DNA from: Tubiluchus corallicola
Taxonomy: Eukaryota; Animalia; Priapulida
Assembly (NCBI GenBank): GCA_030141605.1
Contig: JAQGDQ010000711.1
Span: 1-64,000 of the forward strand
Direction of reading: 5' to 3'
DNA length: 64,000 nucleotides
Part shown: positions 24,171-37,245 of the stretch, one piece after another
Position numbering within the stretch: the stretch's first letter is position 1
How the letters are laid out: every line of letters starts with the position of its first letter
Position numbers and translations under genes: made by a program
Notes under the pieces: generated by a model
What the model saw: the letters and a program-made list of their open reading frames with translations, nothing else
What the model was told of the DNA's origin: nothing
Databases searched by the model: none

Positions 24171-25289
24171 GGCGCTCTCCTCTAGCTGTCTGCCAGCAAC
24201 CAGTTATAAACCAAGCAGACTTCTAACTGTACGAAGGTGCAATTTGCTTTATTTGTACGTGTAAGATTGATTAATGAATTTGCTCAAAGGTGAACGAGTC
24301 ACAGTGCGATGTTTAATCCTCACAACCGACACACCCTATAAGGACATTTCAACTTTTTATTTACTCTTCCTCGCAGACTGTATATACGACCTTTTCATGG
24401 GCCTTACGTACTGTAGCTAATTCGATACGCTTTTTCCTTGTAATTAATGCAAATGTAATTTCAAATTATGAATGCATTTATAATCGATGGTTGTAATCAG
24501 TTGTGTCATGCACTTTACTGGATAACTTAATATTTTTCTTCGCCGCATTAAAAGCACTTATATTATGCAAATTCTTCGCGTAATTTCTATGAGACATTCT
24601 CACGAAAATTTACCATGTAACGTTGTATCGACGCAGGGCGCAATACGGTGGGATAAATCCTTTGAAAAATCACTGAATTTCGTCTCTCGGTATCGGGTTT
24701 CAACCGACGAAGCTGATTGATCAACGTCTGTCTTTCCTCCATTATTAAATACAAACGCAACTGCGCTGAATTATTTAAAATGATGGCTTAAAACTTTTGC
24801 TCTGCAAATCCCGGGATTCGTTCGCAAATTCAGTTCGATCCATTCTGCTAGTCAGCAAGCAAATTACTGGCTTTTGTGTTCAGATAACTGTGCAGCCGGT
24901 TTTGAGTTTCATTCCCTCTCCGTGCATTCATTGTTTTAAATGTCAAATGCCAATTAAACTGTTCGGATGCCAAACGTCTTCTCTTTTTTATTCATTACCT
25001 TCTCTTTTCTATTCATTGCCTTCTCTTTTCTATTCATTACCGCTGTTGAAATTTTTCCGGTGATTGGAATATCCGTCGCTTGCCATTTGTGACTTCGGAG
25101 TTCGGAGCACACGAGATTCGATTACGCCAATTTTATTAAAGTATTTGTGAGAGATTTTGGGGATTTATCAAAGCAAAATTTCATCAGATTCTGCTGGGAA
25201 ACGTTAAATTAACTGTATGCGTAGTACAGTGTCGTGGTAATGGCGGTCGGTAAATTATAATTACTTCGGAAATTGTTTTGCAAATTTTT

Positions 25290-25900
25290 CAGAATTAGGA
25301 TACTGTCGTCCGCATGAAGTAGTTGAGGCTGCAAAAAATATACAATAGATGCTAATAAAGAAAGGGTGAAGGTCATGAAAAAGTCTGAATGGAAGAAAGA
25401 AATAAAGAATAAGATTGAATGTTGTATGAAGAATGAATGTGCACAAAAATGCAGGAGCAGCACTAAATTAAGATTTTTAAGGCATACCGAGTGGAAACGA
25501 CAAAATTACATAGACACATGCAAGCCAGAAGAGGTTAAAGATATATTGAAAATAAGACTGAATATGATTAAAGTTAAAGGGAACTACAAGAATGAGTTTA
25601 AGGATCAGTTATTATGCCCAGTGTGTGGGGAAGATGATGATACTACTGAACATATGCTTATACAGATTAGAATGGAAAAAAAATTTGAACTCAAATATAT
25701 TAATGAACAGTGAAAAGGAAGGATTGCTAGAAATTTGAAATCTAGTGAACGAATGCATGGAATACAGGATAAAGACAAATAAAGACATTAAACTTGGAAA
25801 AGACAACTAAAAGATCAGCGTTATAGAAGAATAGACTTTGCACCCTATAAAGGTGCCCGCCTCTGATAGGTGGAGAGAGTCGAGTATCGCAATCGCAATG
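25290..25900 (+). mobile_element. Non-LTR retrotransposon 3' fragment
   Basis: KIRLNMIKVKGNYK...CPVCGEDDDTTEHML resembles the C-terminal zinc knuckle of LINE ORF2. Confidence 0.6.
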
Positions 25901-26304
25901 AGATCCAATAATTTTTATCTGTTTAGACTGATCATCTTGTATAATGTTATCTACATTTACAACAATGTGCATTAGTATGCGATCAATTTCGCTTCAGTTG
26001 ATGTTAGCCGACGTTAAATTATTAGCTGTGTTGAAGAAGTTCGTATCTAGAGAAAATGTTAACAAAAATTCCAAGTAACTTCTTTAAATTCTTTATGTTG
26101 TAAATCTTTTGTTTTTTATACGTGATATTCATTTTCGCTAGTGTTACATGTGTGGCTTCACGTAGATATAAAAATTTGCTCATAAAAGCTAGTTAATGAA
26201 GCCAAACAATGGGAGAATGCACAGTGCATGCAAACCCTCATAATCCTTGAGAAAATCAGCTCCATTCATTAAAGATTCATTACTGTGACTTTACTGCGCT
26301 CTAA

Positions 26305-26885
26305 TGGCAGTTTCTCACTAGCGAGTTTTCTGCCTGTTAGCAAACGCGTTAGTGTGAACTGCTTTGGCAAGTGTTACTGTTGGTAAAAATTGCAAGCTCA
26401 ACAGTTACTGCTAGTTGATTTACTGTCTAGTCAAGTGTGAACACCTCTGTGAGTTACTCATCTATTGTGAATGCCTCGGCGAGTTACTCGTCTAGTGTGA
26501 ACGCCCCGGTGAGTTACTGTCGGTAAAAATTGCAAGCTCAACAGTTGCCGAGTTCCTCGTCTAGTGCGAATGCCTCGGCGAGTTACTCATCTATTGTGAA
26601 TGCCTCGGCGAGTTACTCGTCTAGTGTAAACGCCTCGGCGAGTTACTCGTCTAGTTTGAACGCCTCGGCGAGTTACTCGTCGAGTGTAAACGCCTCGGCG
26701 AGTTACTCGTCTAGTGTAAACGTCTCGGCGAGTTACTGTCAAAAGTCAGTGAACAGAGAAGTGAATGTCAGCTCGCATTTACTGTCGGAGAGTAAATCCC
26801 AGCAAGTTTAGCTCTCTAGCCTCAACACGCTTGCCAGTTACTTAACGAGTTACTTGGCTAGAAAACTCGCTATTTGAACGCGCCG
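26305..26885. mobile_element. PIF/Harbinger-like MITE with internal 30-bp tandem repeats
   Basis: TIR GGCAGTTTCTCACTAGCGAGTTTTCT / AGAAAACTCGCTATTTGAACGCGCC; internal GCGAGTTACTCGTCTAGTGTAAACGCCTCG repeats. Relatives at ~2400-2583, ~18780-19235 and ~21600-21990. Confidence 0.6.
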
Positions 26886-27401
26886 TATCAAGATGTCACC
26901 GTGTCAAATGAATGCCAACCTTTATGATGTCTAGTATAAAAAATCGAAATATATCTGATGTATCTACGTAATGTAATAGGGTACATGAAATTGAATGAAT
27001 CACAGTTGCTGAATTTAGCAAGTTTACAAATTTGTATGTAAAAATTTGTATTTCTAGATAGTTGCAGTGCAAATTTTGTGTAGGTCGAATTTTGAAGCCC
27101 TTTGTGTTTAGACTTTCACTGATAAGTTTGAACTACATTTCAAACTTTAATCTGGTTCTTGTATTATCAAATCAAAGTATATGTAGCCACCATTATCTTC
27201 AAAAACCGATATACTACATTGTTATGAAATATGCATCATATATCTGGTTCAGTTTTGCATTTTCTAAGTAGCAATTACAAATTTGTTCAATAAAATTAAC
27301 GAGCCGATCGCTGTTGCAAAGAGCAGTTCAGTTACATTATCGAAATTAAACCAAAAGCATCAGTAGCGTGAGATTCCACTTCTTTTAGGTTTGCCAGAGA
27401 T

Positions 27402-27480
27402 ATACAAGTGTGATACACGTGACTGTGATACAAGTGTGATACACGTGACTGTGATACAAGTGTGATACACGTGACTGTGA
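27402..27480. repeat. 26-bp tandem repeat x3
   Basis: ATACAAGTGTGATACACGTGACTGTG. Confidence 0.9.
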
Positions 27481-28614
27481 AAGTCAAACTTTATGTGCAG
27501 TGCTACTGTACAATATTCAGTGCGATACACAAAAACGTACAAATTTTTAGTTTCAAATTCATATTTCAAGTTTACCGCTGTGCTCACGCATGAGCTGTCG
27601 ATCGTGTGCACTACGTCACAACTGAACACCTCTGAACTGAGAGGTATAGCATCTGTTTTTTGTGCAACGCGTTTCTGAAATGCCTATCTAACTAGTGAAT
27701 TATGAAATGTAACAGCGAAGATCTAACCGCATAATTACTATTCTGTGGTCATTATTATTTCATGTAAGTCACTCTTAGTATGTTGCTCTTCAACATTTTA
27801 TGGGGTAGATTGTTTTGAGCTGTAGTTTAAGATGGGGTCCGGTTTAGACACCTTTTTATTGTGTAAATTCGATCTTTTAATCCCACAGACATACAAAAGC
27901 AATGCTGAATTAGAAAGTTTGAAAAATTTACTTAGGAAAAAACTTTACTAAGCCTTACTTAGGAAAAAACCGTTTATCTGTTTGAAAAACTTATGTAATG
28001 GGAAACTCTGATATTTGCGCCTCTTGGTAAAACTCACTGCATCGCCATCCCAGTGTGCAACACTGGCTCACCAAAACACATTATTGATCTCATTGAAAAT
28101 AAAGTCATTTATACTTTTGCTTAGCTAGTGAAGAGCGTGCTGCGAATGGTCTAATGGCGGGAGTTTATACATTTTTACAGGTTTTATACAGCATTACTAC
28201 TATCGCAAGCCCGCTATGCATGGCTGAGTGTTAAACTCTTCTGGGTTGACAATGTCATGTATATTTTATGCTTGGAAGCACTGAAATTGTAGTTAATAGT
28301 TGAATTCTTGAGCCGGGTTTCACGGGCAAATCTTGTTCATTTTCTGTCACCAGGGATATTGGCTGCCACAAGCAGCTGAGGCATTTGCATATAGCACAAG
28401 TGCTTCAGTATAATAATTATGCGCAGCACTTGATATGCAAATGAGCTCTTCTTGCTTTCCTAGAAGTGATTGTGGCTTTGCCTTGTCCGCTAAATATTCA
28501 AAAATGTCTCGTGGCTGTAGCTGGTTAATTACACTGAATACTAGATGTACCAACATATAAAATGAATGGTTAGTATTCCCGTTTACATCAAGTGGTTTAT
28601 CCAATGAGGCAACT

Positions 28615-29112
28615 GTACAACGTGTATCGTCTAACACGCTCTCCTTGTACAAAGCGTTAACTACATGCCCATTGTATCGTCTAACATGTGTTCCTTGTAC
28701 AACGTGTTGACTACACGCCCCTTGTATCGTCTAACATGTGTTCCTTGTACAACGTGTTGACAACACGCCCCTTGTATCGTCTAACATGTGTTCCTTGTAC
28801 AACGCGTTAACAACACGCCCCTTGTATCGTCTAACATGTGTTCCTTGTACAACGTGTTGACAACGTACATCTTTTATTGTATAATGTATATTCCTTGTAC
28901 AACATGTATTGGCAGCATGTCCCTTGTATCGTAAAACGTATATTTGTTGTACAACCAACATCTGTTAACAAGGTGCCACTTATATTGTATGATGTATATA
29001 TATATTCCTTGTACCTTGTATATGGTACAATATGGTATAAGATACATTCCTTGTACAACATCTGTTAACAAGACTCCCATTGTATCGTCTAACGTATATT
29101 CCTTGTACAACA
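28615..29112. repeat. ~50-bp minisatellite, degenerating rightwards
   Basis: TTGTATCGTCTAACATGTGTTCCTTGTACAACGTGTTGACAACACGCCCC. Confidence 0.85.
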
Positions 29113-29821
29113 TAGTGAGACTTAAGTAAATTTTAATCAAATCTAATCCAGGCTTGTACACACTTATAGGATGGCTTAAGTTATAAAAGCAGTTCGTAAA
29201 AACAGCCCATATAAGGAAGTATTTTGAACGACAGTTTACATTTTAGTCTGAGCTTCTCCACATCTACACTCTGTGAAATACCTGCCAGGCAGGTTCAGGC
29301 AGCAAGATTTTTTATAGGCTTAGATGTCATAATGAACTGGTAGACCATTCTTTTGTGAATCGATATTGTACAAGCATCTAATAGGCAGTGAGATATCTGA
29401 GATTCTTTACGACCACCTGTATTACCTTCAAAGGCGAAAACTTGGACTTTATTTTGGCAGTTATGTTGTTATTTCAATATTCCTTGATACAAAGTTCATT
29501 ATCATATCCTTAAAATAGACTCTTCCGATTTATAAGTTCTTTTGTGGTAGTGCACAGGTATGCTCAGTAATCGGATTGTATTATAGCAGTTTTGGGAATG
29601 CACAGGTGAGCTCAGTAATCGGATTGTATTGTAGCAGGTGTATTAGCTGATTACCTGATCTAGTTGCCCAGTATACATGCATGTGTGCAAAAAACGACTG
29701 ACCTACATTTAGGTAGATGCGACAGCAGTGCAACTTAGACGCTCAGTACACCTTCAATTGAATTGTTTATTTTGAAGGTCATTCAAAACTGGAGAGACAA
29801 CATGGAACACAGCTAGGAAGA

Positions 29822-32047
29822 ATACCTATCTTCATATTGAAACTGTGTGCAGATACCTACCTTCATATTCAAACTGTCTGCAGATACCTATCTTCATATT
29901 GAAACTGTCTGCAGATACCTAGCTTCATATTGAAACTGTCTGCAGATACCTGTCTTCATATTGAAACTGTCTGCAGATACCTACCTTCATATTGAAACTG
30001 TCTGCAGATACCTACCTTCATATTGAAACTGTCTGCAGATACCTATCTTCATATTGAAACTGTCTGCAGATACCTATCTTCATATTGAAACTGTCTGCAG
30101 ATACCTATCTTCATATTGAAACTGTCTGCAGATACCTATCTTCATATTGAAACTGTCTGCAGATACCTATCTTCATATTGAAACTGTCTGCAGATACCTA
30201 TCCTCATATTGAAACTGTCTGCAGATACCTACCTTCATATTGAAACTGTCTGCAGATACCTACCTTCATATTGAAACTGTCTGCAGATACCTACCTTCAT
30301 ATTGAAACTGTCTGCAGATACCTGTCTTCATATTGAAACTGTCTGCAGATACCTACCTTCATATTGAAACTGTCTGCAGATACCTGTCTTCATATTGAAA
30401 CTGTCTGCAGATACCTATCTTCATATTGAAACTGTCTGCAGATACCTATCCTCATATTGAAACTGTCTGCAGATACCTACCTTCATATTGAAACTGTCTG
30501 CAGATACCTACCTTCATATTGAAACTGTCTGCAGATACCTATCTTCATATTGAAACTGTCTGCAGATACCTATCTTCATATTGAAACTGTCTGCAGATAC
30601 CTATCTTCATATTGAAACTGTCTGCAGATACCTATCTTCATATTGAAACTGTCTGCAGATACCTACCTTCATATTGAAACTGTCTGCAGATACCTATGTT
30701 CATATTGAAACTGTCTGCAGATACCTGTCTTCATATTGAAACTGTCTGCAGATACCTATCCTCATATTGAAACTGTCTGCAGATACCTATCCTGATATTG
30801 AAACTGTCTGCAGATACCTATCTTCATATTGAAACTGTCTGCAGATACCTATCTTCATATTGAAACTGTCTGCAGATACCTATCTTCATATTGAAACTGT
30901 CTGCAGATACCTATGTTCATATTGAAACTGTCTGCAGATACCTATCGTCATATTGAAACTGTCTGCAGATACCTATCTTCATATTGAAACTGTCTGCAGA
31001 TACCTATCCTCATATTGAAACTGTCTGCAGATACCTATCTTCATATTGAAACTGTCTGCAGATACCTATCTTCATATTGAAACTGTCTGCAGATACCTAC
31101 CTTCATATTGAAACTGTCTGCAGATACCTATCCTCATATTGAAACTGTCTGCAGATACCTATCTTCATATTGAAACTGTCTGCAGATACCTATCCTCATA
31201 TTGAAACTGTCTGCAGATACCTATCTTCATATTGAAACTGTCTGCAGATACCTATCCTCATATTGAAACTGTCTGCAGATACCTACCTTCATATTGAAAC
31301 TGTCTGCAGATACCTGTCTTCATATTGAAACTGTCTGCAGATACCTATCCTCATATTGAAACTGTCTGCAGATACCTATCTTCATATTGAAACTGTCTGC
31401 AGATACCTATCCTCATATTGAAACTGTCTGCAGATACCTATCCTCATATTGAAACTGTCTGCAGATACCTATCTTCATATTGAAACTGTCTGCAGATACC
31501 TATCTTCATATTGAAACTGTCTGCAGATACCTACCTTCATATTGAAACTGTCTGCAGATACCTATCTTCATATTGAAACTGTCTGCAGATACCTATCTTC
31601 ATATTGAAACTGTCTGCAGATGCCTGTCTTCATATTGAAACTGTCTGCAGATACCTATCTTCATATTGAAACTGTCTGCAGATACCTATCCTCATATTGA
31701 AACTGTCTGCAGATACCTACCTTCATATTGAAACTGTCTGCAGATACCTATCCTCATATTGAAACTGTCTGCAGATACCTATCTTCATATTGAAACTGTC
31801 TGCAGATACCTATCTTCATATTGAAACTGTCTGCAGATACCTATCCTCATATTGAAACTGTCTGCAGATACCTATCTTCATATTGAAACTGTCTGCAGAT
31901 ACCTATCTTCATATTGAAACTGTCTGCAGATACCTATCTTCATATTGAAACTGTCTGCAGATACCTGTCTTCATATTGAAACTGTCTGCAGATACCTGTC
32001 TTCATATTGAAACTGTCTGCAGATACCTACCTTCATATTGAAACTGT
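29822..32047. repeat. 31-bp minisatellite, ~72 copies
   Basis: GATACCTATCTTCATATTGAAACTGTCTGCA. Confidence 0.97.
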
Positions 32048-32890
32048 TGAAATCGCAATCTGATCCGTTACACTATCACATTGCTCATGTACCATTGTTT
32101 CAGCCTACCATTGTTTCTTTCCTAATTGGAACGTTTTCTTTCTCTAGTAATTGTAAGCCTAGTTAGTATTATTCGTAGAAGCCATGCTACCGTCATAGAA
32201 ACCAATTCACCTATCCCCCTTGAAAGTGATGTCTGTTGAAGTGTTTCTGCATCAGTGTAAAGACGCAATCACCTCATTGTCCCTGGATGCTATCATGTTG
32301 CACATTGTTATATTCACGCTAGCTTACATCATTTAGGCACAGTAGTTATCTTTTATTCACACGATGAATGCATCTCGTAAGTGAACTGTGTACTTGACAT
32401 TTTTGCTGTCTTTGTAATCAGCACGGTTGCTTGTAATGCCTTGTATATACTGAGCGTGAATGCAGCATTTCTATTGAATATAGCAGCTTTCGGGGAGTCG
32501 CGACAGCATTGCCACTTCGGTGGTGGCCACTTTCTGCATTAGACGATTTATAAAAATTGATTTAATTGAAGGCAAATCTTTGCAGTCACGTTTGCATGCG
32601 CAAAAAGATTTGAGCATTTATTTTCAAATGCCAGTGAGACGCTTCTAGAATTTTATCATGTTGCAAGTAAAAACAATAAAAAGACCCAAATCCACGCAAC
32701 TAATTACAGTAAATATGATTTAGCACGGCAAAACGACACCTGCCTCTCTAATTAGGAAATAGCAAATGCTGCAGTTTAATATCGTTTTGTTTAAAGGATC
32801 TGTGATGGCTTCATTTCAAGTAAAACATTTGAAATTAAAGGAACTGGCAGTGCATTACAGGTTTAGCCACGTAGCACGCGTGCTATAAGC

Positions 32891-33390
32891 CAGGGGTGTG
32901 CAAATTGCGGCCCGCGGGCCACTTGGGGCCTGCCGAGAGAATTTGTGCGGCCCGCAAAGAGATTTGTCAACCTAATGAAAGTGCGGCCCGGGTGATTAAT
33001 TAAGTGTATCCAGCTGAAGTCCGTGCCACGATCCCAAAGATAGTGCAGGTAGTTTTTTCTACTAGATCGGATGCCATTAACCCTTACAAGACGGTTGTAG
33101 CTTAATGTCACTGTACTACACAGACTGCGTGATACACATTACTAATATGCACTGTAATGAAATTACCACTATCTGTCCTGAAAGTAGAAATATATGGTTT
33201 GTAATATAAATTTTAATAACTTCTAAAATAGTTTCTTGAGTGTAGTAGTAATGATGTACGCAGGTCGGATGCAAAAAAATCGTTATTAGGCCTTTCTGTA
33301 CTTGGTTCCTTGATCAAACTGCCTGTGGCCTGCAGGAATTGCGGGAAAGTTTAATGTGGCCCAGCTAGTCAGATAATTTGCACACCCCTG
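32891..33390. mobile_element. 500-bp hAT-like MITE, the longer relative of the 82-bp element
   Basis: TIR CAGGGGTGTGCAAATT...AATTTGCACACCCCTG, GCGGCCCG subterminal motifs, degenerate 8-bp TSD (ctataagc/gtaaaagg). Confidence 0.8.
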
Positions 33391-33757
33391 GTAAAAGGCA
33401 TACAGTGATATGAAAAGTATGTGGTACAAGTATACTTACAGTATACAGACATTAGGTATGTGAGAACTATGCAAGAGCATTGATTCCTGTCCTGATTCGT
33501 GTACAACTCCCACTCTAAACTCCCCCTCCACACTAACTCAACTCAGCTGATTGATTCGTAAATTCTATCTTTCTTTTGCTGCTTTTGAATTTATAGAAAT
33601 CAATAGATTGTTTGCCTGTGAAATTGCTTCTAAATTTTGTCAATTGGCAACATTAGGAATTCAATGTTGAGAGAGTTATCTACACAGAAGCCTGAAAATT
33701 GCAACTTTACTCGGAAAATTATTCAAAAGAACTGTACAGAATTGGATAGAACGAATT

Positions 33758-34060
33758 TTAAGGGGAAACTGGACCCAATATTAAACCACAGCTGAAAGCA
33801 AACAAATCTATAAAACATTACAAGGGAATATACTATTTTTTCAAGAATAAATTACGTAAAAGAATTGTTGCCATAGAAACGTAATTTCGCGTTCGTTAGT
33901 TCTTCGTTGCTACATACATTTTGCCATTCTCTAGTTAGACGGGCAGTGGCGCCTGCATCTCGTAGAGGCGTTGCACAAAAAACAGGTTCTGTACTTCCCT
34001 TTTCAGAGGTGTTCAGTTGTGACGTCGCTGTCACAGCTTTCTGGCTGTTTTTGTATTATT
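33758..34060 (-). mobile_element. Second TTAA-ended dispersed repeat family
   Basis: TCACAACTGAAC...GAGGTA and CGCGAAATTACG blocks shared with ~27520-27850 and ~38370-38638, and more loosely ~51000-51175. Confidence 0.5.
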
Positions 34061-34742
34061 TCGTTTTCGTCGCCATGACAGAATTGCGATCAGCGCCACC
34101 TGCAGCCAACTCGAAATATTAATTTGCGTCTCATTTGTAAAAACACACGACTTCCTAGCTGCTTCTGGAAAATATGACAGGCTTGATGAGAGAATTCGGG
34201 TAAAAAAGTCACAGGGGAAAAATCACAGGAGAAATACAGGTAAACTCATCCTTTACCCTAGCCTTAACCCTGAGCTTAACTCTTTACGATAACCATTGCC
34301 AAAATTAATTGTGACTTTTCTCCTGTGACGTTTTTCCTAGCCACGTTATTACTGGTCACGTGATGGAATGATCCCAGCTTGTCGTCAAAGTATCTCGCCG
34401 AAGAAGGTGAAGCTGAGTGTCACTGAAGTTAAGCTGTTCCGAGTCTGGCCAGTAATTGATGGGGTGATTTCTGGGAAACTGCCTTGCTGCTTCAATTTCC
34501 TATCTTCCCTATATTGAGACGGAATTCGTAGATTCCCATTGTTCGTGGTTTGAGAGGAAGGGCAGATTTCTCCGACGTTCGTTAATTGATAAAAATGAAG
34601 GGAAACAAAAATTTCGGGGAGGGAGTCGTGCAGATGACTAGATAAGCTTGGTAAAACTTCGTCAGATTATTAAACGAATGAACCGTTTCACGTTGATAAA
34701 CATTCTGGCATTCCAAGTCATAATTTAAATAATGATTATTAA

Positions 34743-35192
34743 CCCTTTCGGTCCCAAATTATTTTTTTAAAAATTTTGTTTGGTACTTTTGTTCAGTATG
34801 TCTGTCTTGTTTACACATAATAATTTGTTTTTCCTACCTGTGCCCGCGTGCTAAATATAGCCTGTATCCCACGGGATACATTGGGATTTAATGGAAGCAT
34901 AAAATGTGCTTCATTTTGCAACTGCTGATAATTTTTTAAAGTATTTAAGACATTTAGTATGCACGCTATGCTGATCTGTACAAAGTCGTCTCTAAAGTAC
35001 TGTACCTTGCGCAGTTTTTTATGCTATGTAGATTTTCTAGTTTGCCATTTTATCACCATTTTTAGTCTATTGTTATTGGCTTAAATCAAAATAACTATTA
35101 ACAGATCAAATAACTCTCAGTTTTAAAATTTTATTAATTTTAAAGGCAGAAAATATTCTCGTATCCCACGGGATACAACGGGTATGAAAGGG
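34743..35192. mobile_element. piggyBac-like MITE, copy 1
   Basis: TTAA-CCCTTT...AAAGGG-TTAA; internal imperfect palindrome GTATCCCACGGGATAC occurs twice. Confidence 0.85.
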
Positions 35193-36809
35193 TTAAACCA
35201 GGACTACATTTTTGGGGAAACATTTTTCATATTTATAAGTTGGCTAGAACGCGTTTAAGTACGCTATATTCTAGCATTTATAAATCGTTAGTGAAAATAA
35301 TTGCCCATTAAGTTTAATTACCCAGCAAGTGTCTAAATGTCATCTACGGGTTTTATGAAGCTCTGTAGGTTAATGGAACGGTAGATTTTATTTGACATGA
35401 ACCATTAATTATCCCTAATATAGGATAAACTGCCGCTTTGCCATTAGTCCAAATTGATGCTAAAATTAACGCCGTCCATTACCCGTATCATATATTTTAA
35501 AGTTTATGAATTATAACGCGTTGCCAGCTTAAAACTGCGGATTCCACGCTAACGCAAAAAAGCAAAATTTGGTTTGTATGGCGCACTGTATTATTTAAAC
35601 TTTCAACACGCTGAACAATAATTAATTACGGTGGAATTTGGAAGCCTTTGCGACGAATTTTAGCTATTCTGTATAACTCTCGTTCAAATATGATACACTG
35701 CATACACGAAACTATAAACCTTATTAACGGTTTTTGCAAAAGGTGATTAAAGATGTACAAAGATGTAAAGATAGCGAAATTCTCTTGTCACTGAACATGC
35801 TGAATGGTTGTTCAAGTGTAACAACACTGGGCGAAAATAGAATTTTTTGTGAAAGTAAGGGAATGAGTTTAAATTGTATCGTAGAAGAAAAACAAATTGA
35901 AATTTATTGGTCTTTTGAATTAATTATTGACTGTTTCACTAGAAATGAACTGAACCGGAAGCTTCTATATTTACTAAGTAGCTAATTTAGAACTGTATAT
36001 ATTGTATTGTTTTTGTACATATTTCTATCGTTGCTAATTATTTATATTCACTTACTTCTGTATTGTGTATCGCAGTAATTTGCGAAATAAATTAAATGAG
36101 ACACATTTAAAACTCACAACATACATTAAAATTTAAACTACCTTAAAAAATTAATTTACCTAAAAAGTACAGTCTAAACAAATGTGTTTTGAGATGCCGT
36201 TTGCAGAATGTACAGCAACAGGTAAATTATCCAGAGACGTGGAGGACAGGTAGACAAAGCTTTTTCATCACCATCATCATCATCATCATCATCATCATCA
36301 TTTTTCATCATCAGCTTGGAATAGGCTGATATTAATTAGTTTGTTTATTATCATTAGAACGAAGGGTTCAATAATTATTACGGCATATCAAAGGCAAACA
36401 TTTTGGTCTGTAACCTGCTGGGCTTGTCTTCTCTAAACCGAACTGTTTCTTTCCTGCAGCGGAAAAGACAACTGAGAACAAGCGCCCCTAAAATCCCTGG
36501 GACTGCTTTATTCTGGAAAACGTAATGCTTTTGTTTCTTATTTCCGATTTGTTAAAGAACAGTAAAATATTACTGAACAGAACTAAATTCTATTTTTTCA
36601 CCTTCAGCAATTGCGAGCGTTAGTAGATCAACGAAACAGTGGCGTGAAATTGCATTATTGTTTTGTCTATCTCAGTGTGCAGCAGTGACTCACCAAAAAC
36701 ACATTGCTAATCTTGTTGACAATGTAAAATACTTTAAACTTTTAGTTAGTTAGTGAAGAATGTGTTACGAATGCTTTGATTATTTTTTCAAACTTCACTC
36801 AATGCTATA

Positions 36810-37245
36810 TAGGTTTTACATGTCAAATTTAGACCTACGTTAAATGTAGACTTAGGTAGTTCAAATGTGTCTTGGTAACTCAAATGTAGACTTAGGTAGT
36901 CCAAATGTGTCGTGGTAACTCAAATGTAGACTTAGGTAGTTCAAATGTGTCGTGGTAACTCTAATGTAGACTTAGGTAGTTCAAATGTGTTAACAATGGT
37001 TTTCAACAAATCTTGAGTGCTTTCGGTAAGTCCAATGTAGACACATGTCAAGTCAAATGTGACATTGGTATCTCAAATGTGGATAGGTGTTAAAGTTTAA
37101 GGATGTTAAATTTAATCTTCTTTAATTTCAATTTAATAATTGCTCCTAATTTAAAATAACAACGTTATAGGCTAATAGTTCACTAATATTTTGCCTAAGT
37201 CACATTTGAACTTTCCTGTGTCTACATTTGACGTGTAAAAACCTC
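36810..37245. mobile_element. Sola-like MITE nested inside a Kolobok-like copy
   Basis: TIR (T/G)AGGTTTT(T)ACA(T/C)GTCAAAT, TATA 4-bp TSD, internal 40-bp tandem repeats. The host element resumes (taaacttg...aaaatggctgcgcctaac) after 37249. Confidence 0.6.

Noticed and set aside
28240-28620. Minus-strand ORF (MLVHLVFSV...) as a nested gene
   Set aside because: No recognisable domain or splice structure; likely decayed transposon sequence
29822-32047. 31-bp repeats as a CRISPR array
   Set aside because: Head-to-tail units with no spacers
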